From contig OZ024741.1 of NCBI GenBank assembly GCA_964016885.1, positions 396,180,001-396,244,000 on the forward strand: DNA of 64,000 nt, given 5' to 3'. The notes under the pieces are model-generated. The model searched no databases and was not told where the DNA came from. It saw only the letters and a list, made by a program, of their open reading frames with translations. Source of the DNA: Eledone cirrhosa. Its lineage: Eukaryota. Positions 40,810 to 54,400 of this stretch are shown one piece after another; position 1 is the stretch's first letter; each line of letters opens with the position of its first letter. Position numbers and translations under genes: made by a program.

Positions 40810-43800
40810 GTCAAAGTGCATCAATCAGTCACACCACAAGAGTCAAAGTGCATCGATCAGTCACACCACAAGAGTCAAAGTGCATCAATCAGTTACACCA
40901 CAAGAGTCAAAGTGCATCAATCAGTCACACCACAAGGGTCAAAGTGCATCAATCAACCACACCACAAGGGTCAAAGTACATCAATCAGTCACACCACAAG
41001 AGTCAAAGTGCATCAATCAGTCACACCACAAGGGTCAAAGTGCATCAATCAGTTACACCACAAGAGTCAAAGTGCATCAATCAGTCACACCACAAGAGTC
41101 AAAGTGCATCAATCAATCACACCACACGGGTCAAAGTGCATCAATCAGTCACACCACAAGGGTCAAAGTGCATCAATCAGTCACACCACAAGAGTCAAAG
41201 TGCATCAATCAGTTACACCACAAGAGTCAAAGTGCATCAATCAGTCACACCACAAGGGTCAAAGTGCATCAATCAGTTACACAACAAGAGTCAATGTGCA
41301 TCAATCAGTTACACCACAAGAGTCAAAGTGCATCAATCAGACACACCACAAGGGTCAAAGTGCATCAATCAGTTACACCACAAGAGTCAAAGTGCATCAA
41401 TCAGTTACACCACAAGAGTCAAAGTGCATCAATCAGTCACACCACAAGAGTCAAAGTGCATCAATCAGTCACACCACAAGGGTCAAAGTGCATCAATAAG
41501 TCACACCACAAGGGTCAAATTGCATCAATCAGTCACACCACAAGGGTCAAAGTGCATCAATCAGTCACACCACAATAGTCAAAGTGCATCAATCAGTCAC
41601 ACCACAAGGGTCAAATTCCTTCAATCAGTCACACCACAAGAGTCAAAGTGCATCAATCAGTCACACCACAAGGGTCAAAGTGCATCAATCAGTCACAGCA
41701 CAAGGGTCAAAGTGTTTCAATCAGTCACACCACAAGGGTCAAAGTGCATCAATCAGTCACACCACAAGGGTCAAAGTGTTTCAATCAGTCACACCACAAG
41801 GGTCAAAGTGCATCAATCAGTCACACCACAAGAGTCAAAGTGCATCAATCAGTCACACCACAAGTGTCAAAGTGCATCAATCAGTCACACCACAAGGGTC
41901 AAAGTGTTTCAATCAGTCACACCACAAGGGTCAAAGTGCATCAATCAGTCACACCACAAGGGTCAAAGTGCATCAATCAGTCACACCACAAGGGTCAAAG
42001 TGCATCAATCAGTCACACCACAAGGGTCAAATTCCTTCAATCAGTCACACCACAAGGGTCAAAGTGTTTCAATCAGTCACACCACAAGGGTCAAAGTGCA
42101 TCAATCAGTCACACCACTAGGGTCAAAGTGCATCAATCAGTCACACCACAAGGGTCAAATTCCTTCAATCAGTCACACCACAAGGGTCAAAGTGTTTCAA
42201 TCAGTCACACCACAAGGGTCAAAGTGCATCAATCAGTCACACCACAAGAGTTAAAGTGCAACAATCAGTCACACCACAAGGGTCAAAATGCATCAATCAG
42301 TCACACCACAAGGGTCAAAGTGCATCAATCAGTCACACCACAAGGGTCAAAGTGCATCAATCAGCCACACCACAAGGGTCAAAGTGCATCAATCAGTCAC
42401 ACCACAAGGGTCAAAGTGCATCAATCAGCCACACCACAAGGGTCAAAGTGCATCAATCAGTCACACCACAAGAGTCAAAGTGCATCAATCAGCCACACCA
42501 CAAGAGTCAAAGTGCATCAATCAGTTACACCACAAGAGTCAAAGTGCATCAATCAGTCACACCACAAGAGTCAAAGTGCATCGATCAGTCACACCACAAG
42601 AGTCAAAGTGCATCAATCAGTTACACCACAAGAGTCAAAGTGCATCAATCAGTCACACCACAAGGGTCAAAGTGCATCGATCAGCCACACCACAAGGGTC
42701 AAAGTACATCAATCAGTTACACCAAAAGAGTCAAAGTGCATCAATCAGTTACACCACAAGAGTCAAAGTGCATCAATCAGTCACACCACAAGAGTCAAAG
42801 TGCATCAATCAGTTACACCACAAGAGTCAAAGTGCATCAATCAGTCACACCAGGAGGGTCAAAGTGTTTCAATCAGTCACACCACAAGGTTCAAAGTGCA
42901 TCAATCAGTCACACCACAAGAGTCAAAGTGCATCAATCAGTCACACCACAAGGGTCAAAGTGCATCAATCAGTCACACCACAAGGGTCAAAGTGTTTCAA
43001 TCAGTCACACCACAAGGGTCAAAGTGCATCAATCAGTCACACCACAAGGGTCAAAGTGAATCAATCAGTCACACCACAAGGGTCAAAGTGCATCAATCAG
43101 TCACACCACAAGGGTCAAATTCCTTCAATCAATCACACCACAAGGGTCAAAGTGTTTCAATCAGTCACACCACAAGGGTCAAAGTGCATCAATCAGTCAC
43201 ACCACTAGGGTCAAAGTGCATCAATCAGTCACACCACAAGGGTCAAATTCCTTCAATCAGTCACACCACAAGGGTCAAAGTGTTTCAATCAGTCACACCA
43301 CAAGGGTCAAAGTGCATCAATCAGTCACACCACAAGAGTTAAAGTGCAACAATCAGTCACACCACAAGGGTCAAAATGCATCAATCAGTCACACCACAAG
43401 GGTCAAAGTGCATCAATCAGTCACACCACAAGGGTCAAAGTGCATCAATTAGCCACACCACAAGGGTCAAAGTGCATCAATCAGTCACACCACAAGGGTC
43501 AAAGTGCATCAATCAGCCACACCACAAGGGTCAAAGTGCATCAATCAGTCACACCACAAGAGTCAAAGTGCATCAATCAGCCACACCACAAGAGTCAAAG
43601 TGCATCAATCAGTTACACCACAAGAGTCAAAGTGCATCAATCAGTCACACCACAAGAGTCAAAGTGCATCGATCAGTCACACCACAAGAGTCAAAGTGCA
43701 TCAATCAGTTACACCACAAGAGTCAAAGTGCATCAATCAGTCACACCACAAGCGTCAAAGTGCATCGATCAGCCACACCACAAGGGTCAAAGTACATCAA

Positions 43801-46800
43801 TCAGTTACACCACAAGAGTCAAAGTGCATCAATCAGTTACACCACAAGAGTCAAAGTGCATCAATCAGTCACACCACAAGAGTCAAAGTGCATCAATCAG
43901 TTACACCACAAGAGTCAAAGTGCATCAATCAGTTACACCACAAGAGTCAAAGTGCATCAATCAGTCACACCACAAGGGTCAAAGTGCATCAATCAGTTAC
44001 ACCACGAGAGTCAATGTGCATCAATCACTTACACCACAAGAGTCAAAGTGCATCAATCAGACACACCACAAGGGTCAAAGTGCATCAATCAGTTACACCA
44101 CAAGGGTCAAAGTGCATCAATCAGTTACATCACAAGAGTCAAAGTGCATCAATCAGTCACACCACAAGAGTCAAAGTGCATCAATCAGTCACACCACAAG
44201 AGTCAAAGTGCATCGATCAGTCACACCACAAGAGTCAAAGTGCATCAATCAGTTACACCACAAGAGTCAAAGTGCATCAATCAGTCACACCACAAGGGTC
44301 AAAGTGCATCAATCAACCACACCACAAGGGTCAAAGTACATCAATCAGTCACACCACAAGAGTCAAAGTGCATCAATCAGTCACACCACAAGGGTCAAAG
44401 TGCATCAATCAGTTACACCACAAGAGTCAAAGTGCATCAATCAGTCACACCACAAGAGTCAAAGTGCATCAATCAATCACACCACACGGGTCAAAGTGCA
44501 TCAATCAGTCACACCACAAGGGTCAAAGTGCATCAATCAGTCACACCACAAGAGTCAAAGTGCATCAATCAGTTACACCACAAGAGTCAAAGTGCATCAA
44601 TCAGTCACACCACAAGGGTCAAAGTGCATCAATCAGTTACACAACAAGAGTCAATGTGCATCAATCAGTTACACCACAAGAGTCAAAGTGCATCAATCAG
44701 ACACACCACAAGGGTCAAAGTGCATCAATCAGTTACACCACAAGAGTCAAAGTGCATCAATCAGTTACACCACAAGAGTCAAAGTGCATCAATCAGTCAC
44801 ACCACAAGAGTCAAAGTGCATCAATCAGTCACACCACAAGGGTCAAAGTGCATCAATAAGTCACACCACAAGGGTCAAAGTGCATCAATCAGTCACACCA
44901 CAAGGGTCAAAGTGCATCAATCAGTCACACCACAAGAGTCAAAGTGCATCAATCAGTCACACCACAAGGGTCAAATTCCTTCAATCAGTCACACCACAAG
45001 AGTCAAAGTGCATCAATCAGTCACACCACAAGGGTCAAAGTGCATCAATCAGTCACAGCACAAGGGTCAAAGTGTTTCAATCAGTCACACCACAAGGGTC
45101 AAAGTGCATCAATCAGTCACACCACAAGGGTCAAAGTGTTTCAATCAGTCACACCACAAGGGTCAAAGTGCATCAATCAGTCACACCACAAGAGTCAAAG
45201 TGCATCAATCAGTCACACCACAAGTGTCAAAGTGCATCAATCAGTCACACCACAAGGGTCAAAGTGTTTCAATCAGTCACACCACAAGGGTCAAAGTGCA
45301 TCAATCAGTCACACCACAAGGGTCAAAGTGCATCAATCAGTCACACCACAAGGGTCAAAGTGCATCAATCAGTCACACCACAAGGGTCAAATTCCTTCAA
45401 TCAGTCACACCACAAGGGTCAAAGTGTTTCAATCAGTCACACCACAAGGGTCAAAGTGCATCAATCAGTCACACCACTAGGGTCAAAGTGCATCAATCAG
45501 TCACACCACAAGGGTCAAATTCCTTCAATCAGTCACACCACAAGGGTCAAAGTGTTTCAATCAGTCACACCACAAGGGTCAAAGTGCATCAATCAGTCAC
45601 ACCACAAGAGTTAAAGTGCAACAATCAGTCACACCACAAGGGTCAAAATGCATCAATCAGTCACACCACAAGGGTCAAAGTGCATCAATCAGTCACACCA
45701 CAAGGGTCAAAGTGCATCAATCAGCCACACCACAAGGGTCAAAGTGCATCAATCAGTCACACCACAAGGGTCAAAGTGCATCAATCAGCCACACCACAAG
45801 GGTCAAAGTGCATCAATCAGTCACACCACAAGAGTCAAAGTGCATCAATCAGCCACACCACAAGAGTCAAAGTGCATCAATCAGTTACACCACAAGAGTC
45901 AAAGTGCATCAATCAGTCACACCACAAGAGTCAAAGTGCATCGATCAGTCACACCACAAGAGTCAAAGTGCATCAATCAGTTACACCACAAGAGTCAAAG
46001 TGCATCAATCAGTCACACCACAAGAGTCAAAGTGCATCAATCAGTTACACCACAAGAGTCAAAGTGCATCAATCAGTCACACCAGGAGGGTCAAAGTGTT
46101 TCAATCAGTCACACCACAAGGTTCAAAGTGCATCAATCAGTCACACCACAAGAGTCAAAGTGCATCAATCAGTCACACCACAAGGGTCAAAGTGCATCAA
46201 TCAGTCACACCACAAGGGTCAAAGTGTTTCAATCAGTCACACCACAAGGGTCAAAGTGCATCAATCAGTCACACCACAAGGGTCAAAGTGAATCAATCAG
46301 TCACACCACAAGGGTCAAAGTGCATCAATCAGTCACACCACAAGGGTCAAATTCCTTCAATCAATCACACCACAAGGGTCAAAGTGTTTCAATCAGTCAC
46401 ACCACAAGGGTCAAAGTGCATCAATCAGTCACACCACTAGGGTCAAAGTGCATCAATCAGTCACACCACAAGGGTCAAATTCCTTCAATCAGTCACACCA
46501 CAAGGGTCAAAGTGTTTCAATCAGTCACACCACAAGGGTCAAAGTGCATCAATCAGTCACACCACAAGAGTTAAAGTGCAACAATCAGTCACACCACAAG
46601 GGTCAAAATGCATCAATCAGTCACACCACAAGGGTCAAAGTGCATCAATCAGTCACACCACAAGGGTCAAAGTGCATCAATTAGCCACACCACAAGGGTC
46701 AAAGTGCATCAATCAGTCACACCACAAGGGTCAAAGTGCATCAATCAGCCACACCACAAGGGTCAAAGTGCATCAATCAGTCACACCACAAGAGTCAAAG

Positions 46801-47360
46801 TGCATCAATCAGCCACACCACAAGAGTCAAAGTGCATCAATCAGTTACACCACAAGAGTCAAAGTGCATCAATCAGTCACACCACAAGAGTCAAAGTGCA
46901 TCGATCAGTCACACCACAAGAGTCAAAGTGCATCAATCAGTTACACCACAAGAGTCAAAGTGCATCAATCAGTCACACCACAAGCGTCAAAGTGCATCGA
47001 TCAGCCACACCACAAGGGTCAAAGTACATCAATCAGTTACACCACAAGAGTCAAAGTGCATCAATCAGTTACACCACAAGAGTCAAAGTGCATCAATCAG
47101 TCACACCACAAGAGTCAAAGTGCATCAATCAGTTACACCACAAGAGTCAAAGTGCATCAATCAGTTACACCACAAGAGTCAAAGTGCATCAATCAGTCAC
47201 ACCACAAGGGTCAAAGTGCATCAATCAGTTACACCACGAGAGTCAATGTGCATCAATCACTTACACCACAAGAGTCAAAGTGCATCAATCAGACACACCA
47301 CAAGGGTCAAAGTGCATCAATCAGTTACACCACAAGGGTCAAAGTGCATCAATCAGTTAC
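40810..47360 (+). repeat. Tandem higher-order duplication, period 3360 bp (105 monomers), dropping to 3232 bp after a 4-monomer loss
   Basis: CCACACGGG 41122/44482, CATCAATAAG 41491/44851 and identical ORFs 41584/44944 give +3360. CCAGGAGGG 42850/46082, CCACGAGAG 44002/47234 and ORFs 43216/46448 give +3232. Confidence 0.92.
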
Positions 47361-50300
47361 ACCACAAGAGTCAAAGTGCATCAATCAGTTACACCACAAG
47401 AGTCAAAGTGCATCAATCAGTCACACCACAAGAGTCAAAGTGCATCAATCAGTCACACCACAAGGGTCAAAGTGCATCAATCAGTCACACCACAAGGGTC
47501 AAAGTGCATCAATCAGTCACACCACAAGAGTCAATGTGCATCAATCAGTCACACCACAAGGGTCAAAGTGCATCAATCAGTCACACCACAAGGGTCAAAG
47601 TGCATCAATCAGTCACACCACAAGAGTCAAAGTGCATCAATCAGTCACACCACAAGGGTCAGATTCCTTCAATCAGTCACACCACAAGAGTCAAAGTGCA
47701 TCAATCAGTCACACCACAAGGGTCAAAGTGCATCAATCAGTCACACCACAAGGGTCAAAGTGTTTCAATCAGTCACACCACAAGGGTCAAAGTGCATCAA
47801 TCAGTGACACCACAAGGGTCAAAGTATTTCAATCAGTCACACCACAAGGGTCAAAGTGCATCAATCAGTCACACCACAAGAGTGAAAGTGCATCAATCAG
47901 TCACACCACAAGGGTCAAAGTGCATCAATCAGTCACACCACAAGGGTCAAATTCCTTCAATCAGTCACACCACAAGGGTCAAATTCCTTCAATCAGTCAC
48001 ACCACAAAGGTAAATTGGCATCAATCAGTCACACCACAAGGGTCAAAGTGTTTCAATCAGTCACACCACAAGGGTCAAAGTGCATCAATCAGTCACACCA
48101 CAAGGGTCAAAATGTTTCAATCAGTCACACCACAAGGGTCAAAGTGAATCAATCAGTCACACCACAAGGGTCAAAGTGTTTCAATAAGTCACACCACAAG
48201 GGTCAAATTCCTTCAATCAGTCACACCACAAGGGTCAAAGTGCATCAATCAGTCACACCACAAGAGTCAAAGTGCTTCAATCAGTCACACCACAAGGGTC
48301 AAATTCCTTCAATCAGTCACACCACAAGGGTCAAAGTGCATCAATCAGTCACAGCACAAGAGTCAAAGTGCATCAATCAGTCACACCACAAGGGTCAAAG
48401 TGCATCAATCAGTCACACCACAAGAGTCAAAGTGCATCAATCAGTGACACCACAAGGGTCAAAGTGCATCAATCAGTCACACCACAAGGGTCAAAGTGCA
48501 TCAATCAGTCACACCACAAGGGTCAAAGTGCATCAATCAGTCACACCACAAGAGTCAAAGTGCATCAATCAGTCACACCACAAGTGTCAAAGTGCATCAA
48601 TCAGTCATACCACAAGGGTCAAATTCCTTCAATCAGTCACACCACAAGGGTCAAAGTGCAACAATCAGTCACACCACAAGGGTCAAAGTGCATCAATCAG
48701 TCACACCACAAGAGTCAAATTGCTTCAATCAGTCACACCACAAGGGTCAAATTCCTTCAATCAGTCACACCACAAGGGTCAAAGTGCATCAATCAGTCAC
48801 ACCACAAGGGTCAAAGTGCATTAATCAGTCACATCACAAGGGTCAAATTCCTTCAATCAGTCGCACCACAAGGGTCAATGTGCATCAATCAGTCACACCA
48901 CAAGGGTCAAACTGCATCAATCAGTCACACCACAAGGGTCAAAGTGCATCAATCAGTCACACCACAAGGGTCAAAGTGCATCAATCAGTCACACCACAAG
49001 GGTCAAAGTGTTTCAATCAGTCACACCACAAGGGTCAAAGTGCATCAATCAGTCACACCACAAGGGTAAAAGTGCATCAATCAGTCACACCACAAGAGTC
49101 AAAGTGCATCAATCAGTCACACCACAAGGGTCAAAGTGCATCAATCAGTCACACCACAAGGGTCAAAGTGCATCAATCAGTCACACCACAAGAGTCAAAG
49201 TGCATCAATCAGTCACACCACAAGGGTCAAATTCCTTCAATCAGTCACACCACAAGAGTCAAAGTGCATCAATCAGTCACACCACAAGGGTCAAAGTGCA
49301 TCAATCAGTTACACCACAAGGGTCAAAGTGCATCAATCAGTCACACCACAAGGGTCAAATTCCTTCAATCAGTCACACCACAAGGGTCAAAGTGCATCAA
49401 TCAGTCACACCACAAGAGTCAAAGTGCATCAATCAGTCACACAACAAGGGTCAAAGTGCATCAATCAGCCACACCACAAGGGTCAAAGTGCATCAATCAG
49501 TCACACCACAAGGGTCAAAGTGCATCAATCAGTCACACCACAAGAGTCAAAGTGCATCAATCAGTCACACACAAGGGTCAAAGTGCATCAATCAGTCACA
49601 CCACAAGGGTCAAAGTGCATCAATCAGTCACACCACAAGGGTCAAAGTGCATCAATCAGTCACACCACAAGGGTCAAAGTGCATCAATCAGTTACACCAC
49701 AAGAGTCAAAGTGCATCAATCAGTCACACCACAAGAGTCAAAGTGCATCGATCAGTCACACCACAAGAGTCAAAGTGCATCAATCAGTTACACCACAAGA
49801 GTCAAAGTGCATCAATCAGTCACACCACAAGGGTCAAAGTGCATCGATCAGCCACACCACAAGGGTCAAAGTACATCAATCAGTTACACCACAAGAGTCA
49901 AAGTGCATCAATCAGTTACACCACAAGAGTCAAAGTCCATCAATCAGTCACACCACAAGAGTCAAAGTGCATCAATCAGTTACACCACAAGAGTCAAAGT
50001 GCATCAATCAGTCACACCACAAGGGTCAAAGTGTTTCAATCAGTCACACCACAAGGGTCAAAGTGCATCAATCAGTCACACCACAAGAGTCAAAGTGCAT
50101 CAATCAGTCACACCACAAGAGTCAAAGTGCATCAATCAGTCACACCACAAGGGTCAAAGTGTTTCAATCAGTCACACCACAAGGGTCAAAGTGCATCAAT
50201 CAGTCACACCACAAGGGTCAAAGTGCATCAATCAGTCACACCACAAGGGTCAAAGTGCATCAATCAGTCACACCACAAGGGTCAAATTCCTTCAATCAAT

Positions 50301-51439
50301 CACACCACAAGGGTCAAAGTGTTTCAATCAGTCACACCACAAGGGTCAAAGTGCATCAATCAGTCACACCACTAGGGTCAAAGTGCATCAATCAGTCACA
50401 CCACAAGGGTCAAATTCCTTCAATCAGTCACACCACAAGGGTCAAAGTGTTTCAATCAGTCACACCACAAGGGTCAAAGTGCATCAATCAGTCACACAAC
50501 AAGAGTTAAAGTGCAACAATCAGTCACACCACAAGGGTCAAAATGCATCAATCAGTCACACCACAAGGGTCAAAGTGCATCAATCAGTCACACCACAAGG
50601 GTCAAAGTGCATCAATCAGCCACACCACAAGGGTCAAAGTGCATCAATCAGTCACACCACAAGGGTCAAAGTGCATCAATCAGCCACACCACAAGGGTCA
50701 AAGTGCATCGATCAGCCACACCACAAGGGTCAAAGTACATCAATCAGTTACACCACAAGAGTCAAAGAGCATCAATCAGTTACACCACAAGAGTCAAAGT
50801 GCATCAATCAGTCACACCACAAGAGTCAAAGTGCATCAATCAGTTACACCACAAGAGTCAAAGTGCATCAATCAGTCACACCACAAGGGTCAATGTGTTT
50901 CAATCAGTCACACCACAAGGGTCAAAGTGCATCAATCAGTCACACCACAAGAGTCAAAGTGCATCAATCAGTCACACCACAAGGGTCAATGTGCATCAAT
51001 CAGTCACACCACAAGGGTCAAAGTGTTTCAATCAGTTACACCACAAGGGTCAAAGTGCATCAATCAGTCACACCACAAGGGTCAAAGTGCATCAATCAGT
51101 CACACCACAAGGGTCAAAGTGCATCAATCAGTCACACCACAAGGGTCAAATTCCTTCAATCAATCACACCACAAGGGTCAAAGTGTTTCAATCAGTCACA
51201 CCACAAGGGTCAAAGTGCATCAATCAGTCACACCACTAGGTTCAAAGTGCATCAATCAGTCACACCACAAGGGTCAAATTCCTTCAATCAGTCACACCAC
51301 AAGGGTCAAAGTGTTTCAATCAGTCACACCACAAGGGTCAAAGTGCATCAATCAGTCACACCACAAGAGTTAAAGTGCAACAATCAGTCACACCACAAGG
51401 GTCAAAATGCATCAATCAGTCACACCACAAGGCTCAAAG

Positions 51440-54400
51440 TGCATCAATCAGTCACACCACAAGGGTCAAAGTGCATCAATCAGCCACACCACAAGGGTCA
51501 AAGTGCATCAATCAGTCACACCACAAGGGTCAAAGTGCATCAATCAGCCACACCACAAGGGTCAAAGTGCATCAATCAGTCACACCACAAGAGTCAAAGT
51601 GCATCAATCAGCCACACCACAAGAGTCAAAGTGCATCAATCAGTTACACCACAAGAGTCAAAGTGCATCAATCAGTCACACCACAAGAGTCAAAGTGCAT
51701 CGATCAGTCACACCACAAGAGTCAAAGTGCATCAATCAGTTACACCACAAGAGTCAAAGTGCATCAATCAGTCACACCACAAGGGTCAAAGTGCATCGAT
51801 CAGCCACACCACAAGAGTCAAAGTGCATCAATCAGTTACACCACAAGAGTCAAAGTGCATCAATCAGTCACACCACAAGAGTCAAAGTGCATCAATCAGT
51901 TACACCACAAGAGTCAAAGTGCATCAATCAGTCACACCACAAGAGTCAAAGTGCATCGATCAGTCACACCACAAGAGTCAAAGTGCATCAATCAGTTACA
52001 CCACAAGAGTCAAAGTGCATCAATCAGTCACACCACAAGGGTCAAAGTGCATCAATCAGTTACACCACAAGAGTCAATGTGCATCAATCAGTTACACCAC
52101 AAGAGTCAAAGTGCATCAATCAGACACGCCACAAGGGTCAAAGTGCATCAATCAGTTACACCACAAGAGTCAAAATGCATCAATCAGTTACACCACAAGA
52201 GTCAAAGTGCATCAATCAGTCACACCACAAGAGTCAAAGTGCATCAATCAGTCACACCACAAGGGTCAAAGTGCATCAATCAGTCACACCACAAGGGTCA
52301 AAGTGCATCAATCAGTCACACCACAAGAGTCAAAGTGCATCAATCAGTCACACCACAAGGGTCAAAGTGCATCAATCAGTCACACCACAAGGGTCAAAGT
52401 GCATCAATCAGTCACACCACAAGAGTCAAAGTGCATCAATCAGTCACACCACAAGGGTCAGATTCCTTCAATCAGTCACACCACAAGAGTCAAAGTGCAT
52501 CAATCAGTCACACCACAAGGGTCAAAGTGCATCAATCAGTCACACCACAAGGGTCAAAGTGTTTCAATCAGTCACACCACAAGGGTCAAAGTGCATCAAT
52601 CAGTCACACCACAAGGGTCAAAGTATTACAATCAGTCACACCACAAGGGTCAAAGTGCATCAATCAGTCACACCACAAGAGTGAAAGTGCATCAATCAGT
52701 CACACCACAAGGGTCAAAGTGCATCAATCAGTCACACCACAAGGGTCACATTCCTTCAATCAGTCACACCACAAGGGTCAAATTCCTTCAATCAGTCACA
52801 CCACAAGGGTCAAATTGCATCAATCAGTCACACCACAAGGGTCAAAGTGTTTCAATCAGTCACACCACAAGGGTCAAAGTGCATCAATCAGTCACACCAC
52901 AAGGGTCAAAGTGTTTCAATCAGTCACACCACAAGGGTCAAAGTGAATCAATCAGTCACACCACAAGGGTCAAAGTGTTTCAATAAGTCACACCACAAGG
53001 GTCAAATTCCTTCAATCAGTCACACCACAAGGGTCAAAGTGCATCAATCAGTCACACGACAAGAGTCAAAGTGCTTCAATCAGTCACAGCACAAGGGTCA
53101 AATTCCTTCAATCAGTCACACCACAAGGGTCAAAGTGCATCAATCAGTCACAGCACAAGAGTCAAAGTGCATCAATCAGCCACACCACAAGGGTCAAAGT
53201 GCATCAATCAGTCACACCACAAGAGTCAAAGTGCATCAATCAGTGACACCACAAGGGTCAAAGTGCATCAATCAATCACACCACAAGGGTCAAAGTGCAT
53301 CAATCAGTCACACCACAAGGGTCAAAGTGCATCAATCAGTCACACCACAAGAGTCAAAGTGCATCAATCAGTCACACCACAAGAGTCAAAGTGCATCAAT
53401 CAGTCATACCACAAGGGTCAAATTCCTTCAATCAGTCACACCACAAGGGTCAAATTGCAACAATCAGTCACACCACAAGGGTCAAAGTGCATCAATCAGT
53501 CACACCACAAGAGTCAAATTGCTTCAATCAGTCACACCACAAGGGTCAAATTCCTTCAATCAGTCACACCACAAGAGTCAAAGTGCATCAATCAGTCACA
53601 CCACAAGGGTCAAAGTGCATCAATCAGTCACACCACAAGGGTCAAATTCCTTCAATCAGTCACACCACAAGGGTCAATGTGCATCAATCAGTCACACCAC
53701 AAGGGTCAAACTGCATCAATCAGTCACACCACAAGGGTCAAAGTGCATCAATCAGTCACACCACAAGGGTTAAAGTGCATCAATCAGTCACACCACAAGG
53801 GTCAAAGTGTTTCAATCAGTCACACCACAAGGGTCAAAGTGCATCAATCAGTCACACCACAAGGGTCAAAGTACATCAATCAGTCACATCACAAGAGTCA
53901 AAGTGCATCAATCAGTCACACCACAAGGGTCAAAGTGCATCAATCAGTCACACCACAAGGGTCAAAGTGCATCAATCAGTCACACCACAAGAGTCAAAGT
54001 GCATCAATCAGTCACACCACAAGGGTCAAAGTGCATCAATCAGTTACACCACAAGGGTCAAAGTGCATCAATCAGTCACACCACAAGGGTCAAATTCCTT
54101 CAATCAGTCACACCACAAGGGTCAAAGTGCATCAATCAGTCACACCACAAGAGTCAAAGTGCATCAATCAGTCACACAACAAGGGTCAAAGTGCATCAAT
54201 CAGCCACACCACAAGGGTCAAAGTGCATCAATCAGTCACACCACAAGGGTCAAAGTGCATCAATCAGTCACACCACAAGAGTCAAAGTGCATCAATCAGT
54301 CACACCACAAGGGTCAAAGTGCATCAATCAGTCACACCACAAGGGTCAAAGTGCATCAATCAGTCACACCACAAGGGTCAAAGTGCATCAATCAGTCACA

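Noticed and set aside
48496-52986. C2H2 zinc-finger or His-rich metal-binding repeat protein (Cys/His every 32 aa)
   Set aside because: There is only one Cys per cycle, no CxxC...HxxxH spacing and no TGEKP linker. The pattern is a by-product of translating CA-rich DNA.
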